Source: Escherichia coli
GTDB taxonomy: Bacteria; Pseudomonadota; Gammaproteobacteria; Enterobacterales; Enterobacteriaceae
Length of the DNA stretch: 64,000 bases
Assembly (NCBI RefSeq): GCF_051903065.1
Contig: NZ_CP178438.1
Reading direction: 5' to 3' (one strand)
The position numbers were made by a program, and so were the translations under genes. A model generated the notes under the pieces. The model saw only the letters and a list, made by a program, of their open reading frames with translations. It did no database searches and was not told the DNA's origin. Positions 8,288 through 18,916 of this stretch are shown piece after piece (position 1 is the first letter of the stretch; each line of letters opens with the position of its first letter).

Positions 8288-10714
8288 ATGTCCAAAAATG
8301 AACAAATGGTGGGCATCAGCCGCAGAACACTCGTTAAATCTACCGCGATAGGTTCTCTGGCGCTGGCTGCAGGCGGTTTTTCTTTACCGTTTACCCTGCA
8401 CAGTGCAGCAGCAGCGGTACAACAGGCCCGCGAAAAAGTGGTCTGGGGTGCCTGTTCTGTCAACTGTGGTAGCCGCTGTGCACTTCGTCTACATGTTAAA
8501 GATAATGAAGTGACCTGGGTGGAAACTGACAATACCGGCAGCGATGAGTACGGCAACCATCAGGTACGCGCCTGTTTGCGCGGTCGCTCCATCCGCCGGC
8601 GTATTAATCATCCCGATCGCTTGAATTACCCAATGAAACGCGTGGGCAAACGCGGCGAAGGCAAATTCGAACGGATTAGCTGGGATGAAGCCCTGGATAC
8701 TATCGCCAGTAGCCTGAAGAAAACCGTCGAACAATATGGCAATGAGGCTGTATATATTCAGTACTCTTCGGGGATCGTTGGCGGCAATATGACCCGCTCT
8801 TCGCCATCAGCCTCGGCGGTCAAACGCCTGATGAACTGCTACGGCGGTTCACTCAATCAGTATGGCTCCTACAGCACCGCACAAATTTCCTGTGCCATGC
8901 CCTACACCTACGGCAGTAATGATGGCAACAGCACCACGGATATTGAAAACAGCAAGCTGGTCGTGATGTTTGGTAACAACCCGGCAGAAACCCGCATGAG
9001 CGGCGGTGGCATCACTTATCTTCTTGAAAAAGCGCGCGAGAAATCGAACGCCAAAATGATTGTTATCGATCCGCGATATACCGATACGGCTGCTGGTCGT
9101 GAGGATGAATGGCTTCCTATTCGCCCGGGCACCGATGCCGCGCTGGTTGCGGGGATTGCCTGGGTATTGATTAACGAAAATCTCGTTGATCAACCTTTTC
9201 TCGATAAATACTGCGTCGGCTATGACGAAAAAACCTTACCCGCAGATGCACCCAAAAATGGTCACTATAAAGCCTATATTCTTGGTGAAGGTGATGATAA
9301 CACAGCGAAAACGCCGCAGTGGGCTTCGCAAATTACCGGTATCCCGGTGGACCGTATCATCAAACTGGCGCGTGAAATTGGCACAGCAAAACCCGCTTAT
9401 ATCTGCCAGGGCTGGGGGCCGCAACGCCAGGCAAACGGCGAGCTGACTGCACGCGCTATTGCTATGTTGCCTATTTTGACGGGCAATGTCGGCATCAGCG
9501 GCGGAAATAGTGGCGCGCGTGAATCGACCTATACCATTACCATAGAGCGACTGCCGGTGCTGGATAATCCGGTCAAAACGTCAATTTCCTGCTTCAGTTG
9601 GACAGATGCTATCGATCATGGTCCGCAAATGACGGCAATCCGCGACGGCGTCCGCGGCAAAGATAAACTGGATGTGCCCATTAAGTTCATCTGGAACTAC
9701 GCGGGAAATACCCTGGTTAATCAGCATTCTGACATCAACAAAACGCATGAAATTCTGCAAGACGAATCGAAATGCGAAATGATTGTGGTCATCGAAAACT
9801 TTATGACCTCATCGGCAAAATATGCCGACATTCTGCTGCCAGACCTGATGACCGTTGAGCAGGAAGATATTATTCCTAACGACTACGCCGGTAACATGGG
9901 ATATCTCATTTTCCTCCAGCCTGTCACCAGCGAAAAATTCGAACGCAAACCGATTTACTGGATCCTGAGTGAAGTCGCGAAACGTCTTGGACCTGACGTC
10001 TATCAAAAGTTCACAGAAGGTCGTACGCAGGAACAATGGTTACAACATCTGTACGCCAAAATGCTTGCCAAAGATCCGGCGTTACCGTCTTACGACGAAC
10101 TGAAAAAAATGGGTATCTATAAGCGTAAAGATCCCAATGGTCATTTTGTCGCCTACAAAGCATTTCGTGACGACCCCGAGGCAAATCCACTTAAAACACC
10201 TTCCGGTAAGATTGAAATTTATTCCAGCAAGCTGGCGGAAATTGCCCGTACCTGGGAACTGGAAAAAGATGAAGTGATAAGCCCACTGCCAGTTTATGCC
10301 TCTACCTTTGAAGGCTGGGACTCACCTGAACGTAGAACCTTCCCACTGCAACTGTTTGGTTTCCATTACAAATCCCGTACTCACTCGACCTACGGCAATA
10401 TTGATCTCCTGAAGGCTGCCTGCCGTCAGGAGGTGTGGATCAACCCTATAGATGCGCAGAAACGTGGGATTGCCAACGGCGATATGGTGCGGGTGTTTAA
10501 CCATCGTGGCGAAGTTCGGCTACCAGCCAAAGTGACACCACGTATTCTCCCTGGAGTTAGCGCTATGGGCCAGGGAGCCTGGCACGAGGCCAATATGTCT
10601 GGCGATAAAATCGACCATGGAGGCTGTGTGAATACGCTAACCACTCTGCGCCCTTCACCACTGGCGAAGGGAAACCCGCAGCATACGAATCTGGTCGAGA
10701 TCGAAAAAATATAA
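8288..10714 (+). CDS. ynfE: Tat-exported molybdopterin (bis-MGD) oxidoreductase catalytic subunit, DmsA paralog (selenate reductase)
   Basis: 808 aa with twin-arginine signal (SRRTLVKSTAIGSLALAAGG) and an N-terminal Cys cluster (CSVNCGSRC). Confidence 0.95.
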   Translation: MSKNEQMVGISRRTLVKSTAIGSLALAAGGFSLPFTLHSAAAAVQQAREKVVWGACSVNCGSRCALRLHVKDNEVTWVETDNTGSDEYGNHQVRACLRGRSIRRRINHPDRLNYPMKRVGKRGEGKFERISWDEALDTIASSLKKTVEQYGNEAVYIQYSSGIVGGNMTRSSPSASAVKRLMNCYGGSLNQYGSYSTAQISCAMPYTYGSNDGNSTTDIENSKLVVMFGNNPAETRMSGGGITYLLEKAREKSNAKMIVIDPRYTDTAAGREDEWLPIRPGTDAALVAGIAWVLINENLVDQPFLDKYCVGYDEKTLPADAPKNGHYKAYILGEGDDNTAKTPQWASQITGIPVDRIIKLAREIGTAKPAYICQGWGPQRQANGELTARAIAMLPILTGNVGISGGNSGARESTYTITIERLPVLDNPVKTSISCFSWTDAIDHGPQMTAIRDGVRGKDKLDVPIKFIWNYAGNTLVNQHSDINKTHEILQDESKCEMIVVIENFMTSSAKYADILLPDLMTVEQEDIIPNDYAGNMGYLIFLQPVTSEKFERKPIYWILSEVAKRLGPDVYQKFTEGRTQEQWLQHLYAKMLAKDPALPSYDELKKMGIYKRKDPNGHFVAYKAFRDDPEANPLKTPSGKIEIYSSKLAEIARTWELEKDEVISPLPVYASTFEGWDSPERRTFPLQLFGFHYKSRTHSTYGNIDLLKAACRQEVWINPIDAQKRGIANGDMVRVFNHRGEVRLPAKVTPRILPGVSAMGQGAWHEANMSGDKIDHGGCVNTLTTLRPSPLAKGNPQHTNLVEIEKI

Positions 10715-10774
10715 CCCACTACAACCATAAATTCTGGCATGACATTTTGTTTGAAAAGCAATAAGTGAGTAATG

Positions 10775-13198
10775 ATGAAAATCCATACCACAGAGGCGCT
10801 CATGAAGGCTGAAATCAGCCGTAGAAGTCTGATGAAAACCTCCGCACTTGGCAGTCTTGCGCTGGCAAGCAGTGCTTTCACTCTGCCATTTTCCCAAATG
10901 GTCCGGGCGGCACAGGCTCCGGTAGAAGAGAAAGCGGTCTGGAGTTCCTGCACCGTTAACTGCGGGAGCCGCTGTCTGTTACGTTTGCATGTGAAAGATG
11001 ACACCGTGTACTGGGTGGAGTCTGATACGACAGGTGACGACGTCTACGGTAATCATCAGGTTCGAGCGTGTTTACGCGGGCGCTCTATCCGCCGACGGAT
11101 GAATCATCCTGATAGGTTGAAATATCCCATGAAGCGCGTCGGCAAGCGCGGTGAAGGTAAATTTGAACGGATAAGTTGGGACGAAGCCCTGGATACCATC
11201 AGTGATAATCTTCGGCGGATCCTAAAAGATTACGGCAATGAGGCTGTACATGTCCTGTACGGAACAGGTGTAGATGGCGGAAACATCACCAACTCAAACG
11301 TCCCGTACCGTCTGATGAACTCTTGCGGTGGTTTTCTCAGTCGCTATGGCAGCTACAGTACCGCACAGATCAGTGCCGCAATGAGTTATATGTTCGGTGC
11401 CAATGATGGCAACAGCCCGGATGATATCGCCAATACGAAACTGGTCGTTATGTTCGGAAATAACCCGGCAGAAACGCGGATGAGCGGTGGTGGTGTCACT
11501 TACTACGTCGAGCAAGCCCGCGAACGTTCAAACGCACGCATGATCGTCATCGATCCACGTTATAACGACACAGCTGCCGGGCGTGAAGATGAATGGCTGC
11601 CCATTCGCCCTGGCACCGATGGCGCACTGGCCTGTGCGATTGCCTGGGTGCTGATTACTGAAAACATGGTCGATCAGCCATTTCTCGACAAATATTGTGT
11701 TGGTTACGATGAAAAAACGCTGCCCGCCAACGCACCACGTAACGCGCATTATAAAGCCTATATTCTGGGCGAAGGGCCTGACGGCATAGCTAAAACGCCG
11801 GAATGGGCAGCAAAAATCACCAGCATTCCGGCAGAAAAAATTATCCAGTTGGCACGAGAGATCGGTTCAGCAAAACCTGCTTATATTTGTCAGGGTTGGG
11901 GGCCACAACGACATTCCAACGGCGAGCAAACATCCCGCGCTATTGCCATGCTTTCCGTTCTCACCGGTAACGTCGGCATAAACGGCGGCAACTCAGGTGT
12001 ACGCGAAGGTAGCTGGGATCTGGGGGTAGAATGGTTCCCGATGCTTAAGAATCCTGTTAAAACGCAGATTTCCGTCTTTACATGGACAGATGCCATCGAC
12101 CATGGTACGGAAATGACCGCGACCCGTGATGGTGTTCGTGGAAAAGAAAAACTGGATGTCCCCATCAAGTTTTTATGGTGCTACGCCAGTAACACATTGA
12201 TCAATCAACATGGCGACATCAATCACACCCATGAGGTGCTTCAGGATGACAGCAAGTGCGAGATGATTGTTGGCATTGACCACTTCATGACGGCCTCGGC
12301 TAAGTATTGCGATATCCTGTTGCCCGACCTGATGCCAACAGAGCAAGAAGACCTTATCTCTCATGAATCTGCAGGGAATATGGGCTATGTGATCCTCGCC
12401 CAACCCGCAACCTCAGCAAAATTTGAACGCAAACCCATCTACTGGATGCTGAGTGAAGTCGCCAAACGCTTAGGACCGGACGTTTATCAAACCTTTACTG
12501 AAGGTCGCAGTCAGCATGAATGGATCAAATATCTCCATGCGAAAACGAAGGAACGTAACCCTGAGATGCCCGACTACGAGGAGATGAAAACGACCGGGAT
12601 CTTTAAGAAAAAATGCCCGGAAGAACACTACGTCGCTTTCCGCGCATTCCGTGAAGATCCACAGGCAAACCCGTTGAAAACACCTTCGGGGAAAATCGAA
12701 ATTTATTCTGAACGACTGGCGAAGATTGCAGATACCTGGGAATTGAAAAAAGATGAAATTATTCATCCCCTTCCTGCGTATACCCCAGGTTTTGATGGCT
12801 GGGACGATCCCCTGCGGAAAACCTATCCACTGCAGTTAACGGGCTTCCACTACAAAGCGCGTACCCACTCCAGCTACGGCAATATTGATGTGTTACAGCA
12901 GGCCTGCCCACAAGAGGTGTGGATCAACCCCATTGATGCTCAGGCTCGCGGTATCCGTCATGGCGATACCGTGCGGGTATTTAACAATAATGGAGAAATG
13001 CTGATTGCCGCAAAAGTGACTCCGCGTATTCTGCCTGGCGTTACCGCCATCGGGCAAGGTGCGTGGCTTAAAGCGGATATGTTTGGTGACCGGGTCGATC
13101 ACGGCGGCAGTATTAATATTCTGACCTCTCACCGCCCTTCACCGCTGGCAAAGGGAAACCCGTCGCACAGCAATCTTGTCCAGATCGAAAAGGTTTAA
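10775..13198 (+). CDS. ynfF: Tat-exported molybdopterin oxidoreductase catalytic subunit, tandem paralog of ynfE
   Basis: Start at MKIHTTEALMKAEISRRSLMKT…. Aligns along its full length with the ynfE product. Confidence 0.95.
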   Translation: MKIHTTEALMKAEISRRSLMKTSALGSLALASSAFTLPFSQMVRAAQAPVEEKAVWSSCTVNCGSRCLLRLHVKDDTVYWVESDTTGDDVYGNHQVRACLRGRSIRRRMNHPDRLKYPMKRVGKRGEGKFERISWDEALDTISDNLRRILKDYGNEAVHVLYGTGVDGGNITNSNVPYRLMNSCGGFLSRYGSYSTAQISAAMSYMFGANDGNSPDDIANTKLVVMFGNNPAETRMSGGGVTYYVEQARERSNARMIVIDPRYNDTAAGREDEWLPIRPGTDGALACAIAWVLITENMVDQPFLDKYCVGYDEKTLPANAPRNAHYKAYILGEGPDGIAKTPEWAAKITSIPAEKIIQLAREIGSAKPAYICQGWGPQRHSNGEQTSRAIAMLSVLTGNVGINGGNSGVREGSWDLGVEWFPMLKNPVKTQISVFTWTDAIDHGTEMTATRDGVRGKEKLDVPIKFLWCYASNTLINQHGDINHTHEVLQDDSKCEMIVGIDHFMTASAKYCDILLPDLMPTEQEDLISHESAGNMGYVILAQPATSAKFERKPIYWMLSEVAKRLGPDVYQTFTEGRSQHEWIKYLHAKTKERNPEMPDYEEMKTTGIFKKKCPEEHYVAFRAFREDPQANPLKTPSGKIEIYSERLAKIADTWELKKDEIIHPLPAYTPGFDGWDDPLRKTYPLQLTGFHYKARTHSSYGNIDVLQQACPQEVWINPIDAQARGIRHGDTVRVFNNNGEMLIAAKVTPRILPGVTAIGQGAWLKADMFGDRVDHGGSINILTSHRPSPLAKGNPSHSNLVQIEKV

Positions 13199-13208
13199 GG
13201 AGTAGCCC

Positions 13209-13826
13209 ATGACCACACAATATGGATTTTTTATCGATTCCAGCCGCTGTACTGGCTGTAAAACCTGCGAACTGGCGTGCAAAGATTTTAAAGATCTTGG
13301 CCCGGAAGTCAGTTTCCGCCGTATTTATGAATATGCTGGCGGCGACTGGCAGGAAGATAATGGCGTCTGGCACCAGAACGTGTTCGCTTATTATCTCTCC
13401 ATCTCCTGTAACCATTGCGATGACCCCGCATGTACAAAAGTCTGCCCCAGCGGCGCAATGCATAAGCGTGAAGATGGCTTTGTGGTGGTTGATGAAGATG
13501 TTTGTATCGGCTGCCGCTACTGCCACATGGCTTGTCCGTACGGCGCACCACAGTACAATGCTGAAAAAGGGCACATGACGAAGTGCGATGGTTGTTATTC
13601 GCGCGTCGCCGAGGGGAAACAACCCATATGTGTCGAATCCTGCCCGCTGCGTGCACTTGAGTTCGGTCCAATTGAAGAGCTGCGCCAGAAGCACGGCACT
13701 CTTGCTGCCGTCGCGCCACTGCCGCGCGCGCATTTCACAAAACCCAATATCGTTATCAAACCTAACGCCAACAGCCGCCCGACCGGCGATACCACTGGTT
13801 ATCTGGCTAATCCGGAGGAAGTGTAA
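13209..13826 (+). CDS. ynfG: 4Fe-4S ferredoxin-type electron-transfer subunit (DmsB paralog)
   Basis: Four Cys clusters (CTGCKTCELAC, CNHCDDPACTKVCP, CIGCRYCHMACP, CDGC…CVESCP). Confidence 0.95.
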   Translation: MTTQYGFFIDSSRCTGCKTCELACKDFKDLGPEVSFRRIYEYAGGDWQEDNGVWHQNVFAYYLSISCNHCDDPACTKVCPSGAMHKREDGFVVVDEDVCIGCRYCHMACPYGAPQYNAEKGHMTKCDGCYSRVAEGKQPICVESCPLRALEFGPIEELRQKHGTLAAVAPLPRAHFTKPNIVIKPNANSRPTGDTTGYLANPEEV

Positions 13827-13827
13827 A

Positions 13828-14682
13828 ATGGGAAATGGATGGCATGAATGGCCACTGGTTATCTTTACCGTATTGGGTCAATGCGTAGTAGGCGCGCTGA
13901 TTGTTAGCGGAATTGGCTGGTTCGCCGCCAAAAATGACGCAGACCGTCAGCACATTGTTCGTGGCATGTTTTTCCTCTGGCTGTTGATGGGCATCGGGTT
14001 TATTGCCTCTGTCATGCACCTGGGATCGCCACTGCGGGCGTTTAACTCGCTGAATCGAATCGGAGCTTCTGGTCTGAGTAACGAGATTGCTGCCGGTTCC
14101 ATATTTTTTGCCGTTGGCGGACTATGGTGGCTGGTGGCGGTCATCGGTAAAATGCCGCAAGCGTTGGGGAAACTCTGGTTACTTGTCAGCATGGCGCTCG
14201 GCGTCATTTTCGTCTGGATGATGACCTGCGTGTATCAAATCGACACTGTGCCAACCTGGCATAACGGTTACACTACGCTGGCTTTCTTCCTGACGGTATT
14301 GTTGAGTGGTCCAATACTTGCTGCCGCAATTCTGCGGGCAGCCCGCGTTACATTTAATACCACACCATTTGCCATCATTAGCGTTCTGGCGCTGATCGCT
14401 TGTGCCGGGGTGATTGTGCTGCAAGGTTTGTCTCTGTCGTCTATTCACTCATCCGTGCAACAAGCCAGCGCACTGGTACCAGATTACGCCTCCTTACAGG
14501 TCTGGCGTGTGGTATTGTTATGCGCAGGTCTAGGATGCTGGCTTTGTCCGCTCATACGTCGCCGTGAACCTCACGTTGCCGGACTTATTCTGGGGTTAAT
14601 CCTCATTCTTGGCGGTGAGATGATCGGGCGTGTGCTCTTTTATGGCCTGCACATGACGGTAGGAATGGCTATTGCAGGTTAA
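13828..14682 (+). CDS. ynfH: membrane anchor subunit (DmsC paralog)
   Basis: ATG at 13828, directly after the ynfG stop. Polytopic hydrophobic 284-aa product starting MGNGWHEWPLVIFTVLGQ. The track ORF is an artefactual 5' extension overlapping ynfG. Confidence 0.9.
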   Translation: MGNGWHEWPLVIFTVLGQCVVGALIVSGIGWFAAKNDADRQHIVRGMFFLWLLMGIGFIASVMHLGSPLRAFNSLNRIGASGLSNEIAAGSIFFAVGGLWWLVAVIGKMPQALGKLWLLVSMALGVIFVWMMTCVYQIDTVPTWHNGYTTLAFFLTVLLSGPILAAAILRAARVTFNTTPFAIISVLALIACAGVIVLQGLSLSSIHSSVQQASALVPDYASLQVWRVVLLCAGLGCWLCPLIRRREPHVAGLILGLILILGGEMIGRVLFYGLHMTVGMAIAG

Positions 14683-14724
14683 CAAATTGGTGCGGGGCAA
14701 CCCGCACATTTCAGGATGTTAGGA

Positions 14725-15339
14725 ATGACCCATTTTTCACAGCAAGATAATTTTTCTGTCGCGGCGCGCGTGTTGGGCGCGCTGTTTTATTACGCTCCAG
14801 AGAGTGCTGAAGCCGCACCTCTGGTTGCGGTACTCACCAGTGACGGCTGGGAAACTCAGTGGCCTCTACCAGAAGCGTCATTAGCGCCGCTGGCGACGGC
14901 TTTTCAGACACAGTGTGAAGAGACTCTCGCCCAGGCCTGGCAGCGTTTGTTTGTCGGCCCGTGGGCACTGCCGTCTCCGCCGTGGGGATCGGTCTGGCTG
15001 GATCGCGAATCTGTGCTGTTTGGCGATTCAACATTGGCACTTCGTCAGTGGATGCGCGAGAAAGGCATTCAGTTTGAAATGAAGCAAAATGAACCGGAAG
15101 ATCATTTTGGTTCATTGCTGTTGATGGCTGCGTGGTTGGCGGAGAATGGTCGCCAGACAGAATGCGAAGAATTGCTGGCATGGCACCTTTTTCCCTGGTC
15201 AACACGTTTTCTTGACGTTTTTATCGAAAAAGCAGAACACCCTTTCTACCGTGCACTGGGTGAACTGGCTCGCTTAACGCTGGCGCAATGGCAATCACAA
15301 CTGTTAATTCCTGTCGCGGTTAAACCATTCTTTCGATAG
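14725..15339 (+). CDS. dmsD: Tat proofreading chaperone for DMSO-reductase-family enzymes
   Basis: Start at MTHFSQQDNFSVAARVLGALFYY…; 204 aa; last gene of the ynfEFGH-dmsD operon. Confidence 0.9.
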   Translation: MTHFSQQDNFSVAARVLGALFYYAPESAEAAPLVAVLTSDGWETQWPLPEASLAPLATAFQTQCEETLAQAWQRLFVGPWALPSPPWGSVWLDRESVLFGDSTLALRQWMREKGIQFEMKQNEPEDHFGSLLLMAAWLAENGRQTECEELLAWHLFPWSTRFLDVFIEKAEHPFYRALGELARLTLAQWQSQLLIPVAVKPFFR

Positions 15340-15532
15340 GATCACTGTAATATTGCCGGATGGTGACGATTACGCGCGATTCGGCAACAATACGTTACAG
15401 TGTCACGTTTTTTGTCTCTTAAAGCACGCACTGCTTTTGCAGCTGGCCTCTTTTGCCGCAAAATAGTCGCCCGTGTTTCATTGCCCATTTCTGCTCATGC
15501 ATCATCTACACACCTATCCGGATCTGCGCACT

Positions 15533-16789
15533 ATGTTCCGCCGTCTGCTTATCGCAACAGTCGTCGGTATTCTCGCGGCCTTTGCCGTTGCCGGGTTTCG
15601 TCATGCGATGCTGCTACTGGAGTGGTTGTTCCTCAATAATGACTCCGGCAGTCTGGTCAATGCAGCGACAAACCTTTCCCCTTGGCGACGGCTGCTAACT
15701 CCGGCGCTCGGCGGACTGGCGGCGGGTTTGTTGCTGATGGGCTGGCAGAAATTTACCCAGCAACGCCCTCATGCGCCGACCGATTATATGGAAGCGTTGC
15801 AAACCGAGGGTCAGTTTGATTACGCAGCAAGCCTGGTTAAATCGCTTGCCTCTCTGCTGGTAGTAACCAGCGGCAGTGCAATTGGTCGCGAAGGTGCGAT
15901 GATTCTTTTAGCTGCCCTTGCCGCCTCCTGTTTTGCCCAACGTTTTACGCCACGCCAGGAGTGGAAATTATGGATCGCCTGTGGGGCCGCGGCGGGAATG
16001 GCTGCGGCCTATCGTGCCCCGCTTGCTGGCAGTTTATTTATAGCCGAAGTGCTGTTTGGCACTATGATGTTGGCCTCTCTCGGCCCGGTGATTATTTCCG
16101 CCGTCGTGGCATTGCTGGTTAGCAATCTGATTAATCATAGCGACGCGTTACTCTACAGCGTACAACTCTCAGTGACGGTTCAGGCTCGTGACTATGCGCT
16201 GATTATCAGTACAGGTGTGCTGGCAGGTCTGTGCGGACCACTGTTGTTAACGTTAATGAACGCCTGTCATCGTGGATTTGTAAGTCTCAAGCTTGCGCCG
16301 CCCTGGCAACTGGCACTGGGCGGCTTAATCGTGGGTCTGCTTTCCCTGTTCACACCTGCAGTGTGGGGCAACGGCTATAGCACCGTACAATCCTTTTTAA
16401 CCGCCCCGCCACTGTTAATGATCATTGCCGGGATCTTCCTCTGTAAACTGTGTGCCGTGCTGGCGAGTAGTGGTTCCGGCGCGCCCGGTGGTGTCTTTAC
16501 ACCGACGCTATTTATCGGTCTTGCCATTGGCATGTTGTATGGTCGTAGCCTGGGATTATGGTTCCCTGATGGCGAAGAAATTACGCTTTTACTCGGATTG
16601 ACCGGGATGGCGACACTGTTGGCGGCAACCACGCACGCGCCGATTATGTCGACGTTGATGATATCTGAAATGACCGGGGAGTATCAGCTACTCCCCGGTT
16701 TATTGATTGCCTGCGTAATTGCGTCGGTAATTTCGCGGACGTTACACCGTGACTCTATCTACCGCCAGCACACTGCGCAGCATAGCTAA
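15533..16789 (+). CDS. clcB: ClC-family voltage-gated chloride channel / H+-Cl- antiporter
   Basis: Start at [17 protein letters not shown]. ClC motifs GSAIGREG and GxFxP (GGVFTP) are present; 418 aa. Confidence 0.9.
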   Translation: MFRRLLIATVVGILAAFAVAGFRHAMLLLEWLFLNNDSGSLVNAATNLSPWRRLLTPALGGLAAGLLLMGWQKFTQQRPHAPTDYMEALQTEGQFDYAASLVKSLASLLVVTSGSAIGREGAMILLAALAASCFAQRFTPRQEWKLWIACGAAAGMAAAYRAPLAGSLFIAEVLFGTMMLASLGPVIISAVVALLVSNLINHSDALLYSVQLSVTVQARDYALIISTGVLAGLCGPLLLTLMNACHRGFVSLKLAPPWQLALGGLIVGLLSLFTPAVWGNGYSTVQSFLTAPPLLMIIAGIFLCKLCAVLASSGSGAPGGVFTPTLFIGLAIGMLYGRSLGLWFPDGEEITLLLGLTGMATLLAATTHAPIMSTLMISEMTGEYQLLPGLLIACVIASVISRTLHRDSIYRQHTAQHS

Positions 16790-17437
16790 GCGGATGTATT
16801 GCCCCAGTTCACGCTGTTCGGCGCGCGGCAGATAAGGCAGTTCACCAATGAGCGGTGCCGGAAGTTTTTTACCGAGCACATCAATGATTTCCGCATAATG
16901 CGCCAGTCCTGGGTTGATTCGGTTAGCCACCCAGCCAATGAGCGGCAGCCCGTCGTTGGCAATCGCCTGAGCTGTTAGCAGTGCATGGTTAATGCAACCT
17001 TCCTGAATACCGACAACCATCAACACCGGCAGTTGTTCCTGCACCACCCATTCAGAGAGTGGACGCAAATCATTCATCAGACTGCGCCAGCCGCCAGTCC
17101 CTTCTACCACGACATGATCGACTTTTTCGGTCAGGTTTGCCAGGCCGTTTGAAATGAGGGTGTAATTGATTGGGCAACTGTGCGCCACGCTACTTTCTTC
17201 TTCGCTTAACGCGATAGGATTAACTGCTTCATAAGGCAGTTCGATGGTTGAAACACTCTGCAACACCAGGGCATCTTTATTACGCAGCCCTTCGGGTGTC
17301 TCTTTGCTCCCCTTCGCTACGGGTTTATATCCCGCAACCGTTTTTCCCTGGGAGGCTAACGCTTGTAGCAATGCGCGGGAAACCACCGTTTTCCCTACAG
17401 AAGTGTCTGTACCGGTAATAAAGAAACGCTTCAGCAT
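16742..17437 (-). CDS. ynfK: dethiobiotin synthetase paralog (BioD2)
   Basis: Start at [18 protein letters not shown] (P-loop); 231 aa. The 3' end overlaps the clcB 3' end by 48 bp on the opposite strand. Confidence 0.9.
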
Positions 17438-17561
17438 CACTAACTCCACCGTTATGCTTCACAAATATAAACCAGGAAAATAATTAACCTTGAAAGTCTA
17501 AGTTATGCTTTCCTGGCCCAAATTGAGATAGCGCAAATTTTGGTAGAACAGTTAAAAAATG

Positions 17562-18782
17562 TTAACCCTGCAACAGACGAATCAACAAAGAACCGTTATA
17601 CATCGCGTCTTTTACCAGCGCAGCGCCTGCCATCGTACCCTGGTTAGAAAACTGAGTACTCTCAACGCTAATGTGCTGACTATACGCAGGAAGGGCCTGC
17701 TGACGGATGCTATCTGAGATGACCGGGAAGAGGATATCTGCCGCTTTACTTAACGGTGAGCCAATCAGTATTTTTTGTGGGTTAAATAAATTCACCATGA
17801 TGGCAAGAATGCGCCCTACATGCGCGCCCACCCCGGTAATGATGTCTTTTGCCAGCAGATCGCCGCGCAATGCCGCCTGACACAATGAGTCCACGGTTAA
17901 CGGTTGCCCATGTAACATCGAGCTCATGGATTGATTGAGACGCAGCTGTGCCAGCTCAAGAATACTGTCCACACTGGCGATGGTTTCGAGGCAGCCGTGG
18001 TTCCCGCAATAACAGCGTTTACCATATGGGTCTACCTGTGTGTGACCTATTTCCACGAGGCTACTGCTGCCTGCGTGTAGCAGATGACCATCGGTAATGA
18101 CGCCCGCCCCCACGTTGTGATCGATAACCACCTGAATCACATCGCGCGCCCCGCGTGAGGCACCAAACAAGGCCTCTGCCATCGTCCATGCGCTGATATC
18201 ATGCTGTATATAAACCGGAACGCCGGTATGCTGCTCCAGAGCCTCGCCGAGCGGCATCTCTTTTACATCCTCGTAGAACGGCATGCGATGTACAATGCCA
18301 TTTTCCGTATCAATAATTCCCGGCAGGGTTATGGCAATCGAAGTTAGACGCTCAAGTTTTTTCTGGTGGCGGATAAAAAACTGATCGATATGGGAAATGA
18401 TACGATCCAGCAATGGCGAGTCATCTTTTAACGCCAGTTCCTGCGACTCTTCCACCACCAGTTTGCTGCTCAGATCGCGCAGAGCAAGGAAAATCTCCCC
18501 GCGACTAATGCGCAGAGAAAGATAGTGCCAGGCTTCAGTTTCAACCACCAGCCCCACCGCCGGACGGCCACGGTTCCCCGCTTCTTTGATTTCCAGCTCT
18601 TGCACCAGGTGTGCTTCGAGCATCTCACGGACAATTTTAGTGATACTGGCAGGAGCCAGCTGCGCCAGACGGGAAAGATCGATACGCGAGACTGGACCAA
18701 GCTGATCAATCAGGCGATAAACCGCGCCCGCGTTGGTCTGCTTTATTTGATCAATGTGCCCAGGCTGGTTTTCAGCAACCAC
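17562..18782 (-). CDS. mlc: ROK-family global repressor of PTS/glucose uptake genes (Mlc/DgsA)
   Basis: 406 aa, MVAENQPGHIDQIKQTNAGAVYRLI… with the ROK Zn motif CYCGNHGCLE. Confidence 0.95.
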   Translation of the reverse strand: MVAENQPGHIDQIKQTNAGAVYRLIDQLGPVSRIDLSRLAQLAPASITKIVREMLEAHLVQELEIKEAGNRGRPAVGLVVETEAWHYLSLRISRGEIFLALRDLSSKLVVEESQELALKDDSPLLDRIISHIDQFFIRHQKKLERLTSIAITLPGIIDTENGIVHRMPFYEDVKEMPLGEALEQHTGVPVYIQHDISAWTMAEALFGASRGARDVIQVVIDHNVGAGVITDGHLLHAGSSSLVEIGHTQVDPYGKRCYCGNHGCLETIASVDSILELAQLRLNQSMSSMLHGQPLTVDSLCQAALRGDLLAKDIITGVGAHVGRILAIMVNLFNPQKILIGSPLSKAADILFPVISDSIRQQALPAYSQHISVESTQFSNQGTMAGAALVKDAMYNGSLLIRLLQG

Positions 18783-18794
18783 CGCATACTCCCT

Positions 18795-18817
18795 ATATTT
18801 TCGCGCTCCGAAATAAT
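18795..18817. promoter_or_regulatory. candidate Mlc/NagC-type operator (TTTCG-N5-CGAAA palindrome) in the mlc promoter region
   Basis: tatattttcgcgctccgaaataa is a 23-bp AT-flanked palindrome immediately upstream of the mlc start. mlc is known to be autoregulated. Confidence 0.4.
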
Positions 18818-18916
18818 CTGTAGGCTATGGTGAAGCACTTCAATACGTGTCGTCAAATTTTTACTTAGGCATGTGATTAACAGCACATTTTTCGGGCTTT
18901 TTCGCTGAAATTTCCC

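Noticed and set aside
10426-11004. 192-aa minus-strand ORF spanning the ynfE/ynfF junction
   Set aside because: Antisense to two strongly supported genes and their intergenic region; no conserved motifs.
13113-13733. 206-aa minus-strand ORF and 136-aa ORF antisense to ynfG, plus the 364-aa track ORF 13588..14682
   Set aside because: These overlap the ferredoxin-like ynfG on other frames or strands. The 364-aa ORF is an upstream extension of ynfH whose real start is the ATG at 13828, right after the ynfG stop. GC-rich coding DNA often yields such frames.
14683-14724. Hairpin gtgcgggg-caa-cccgcac between ynfH and dmsD as a terminator
   Set aside because: It lies inside an operon with only a 42-bp spacer and no T-tract. 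It could be an RNA structure, but there is not enough evidence to call a terminator or attenuator.
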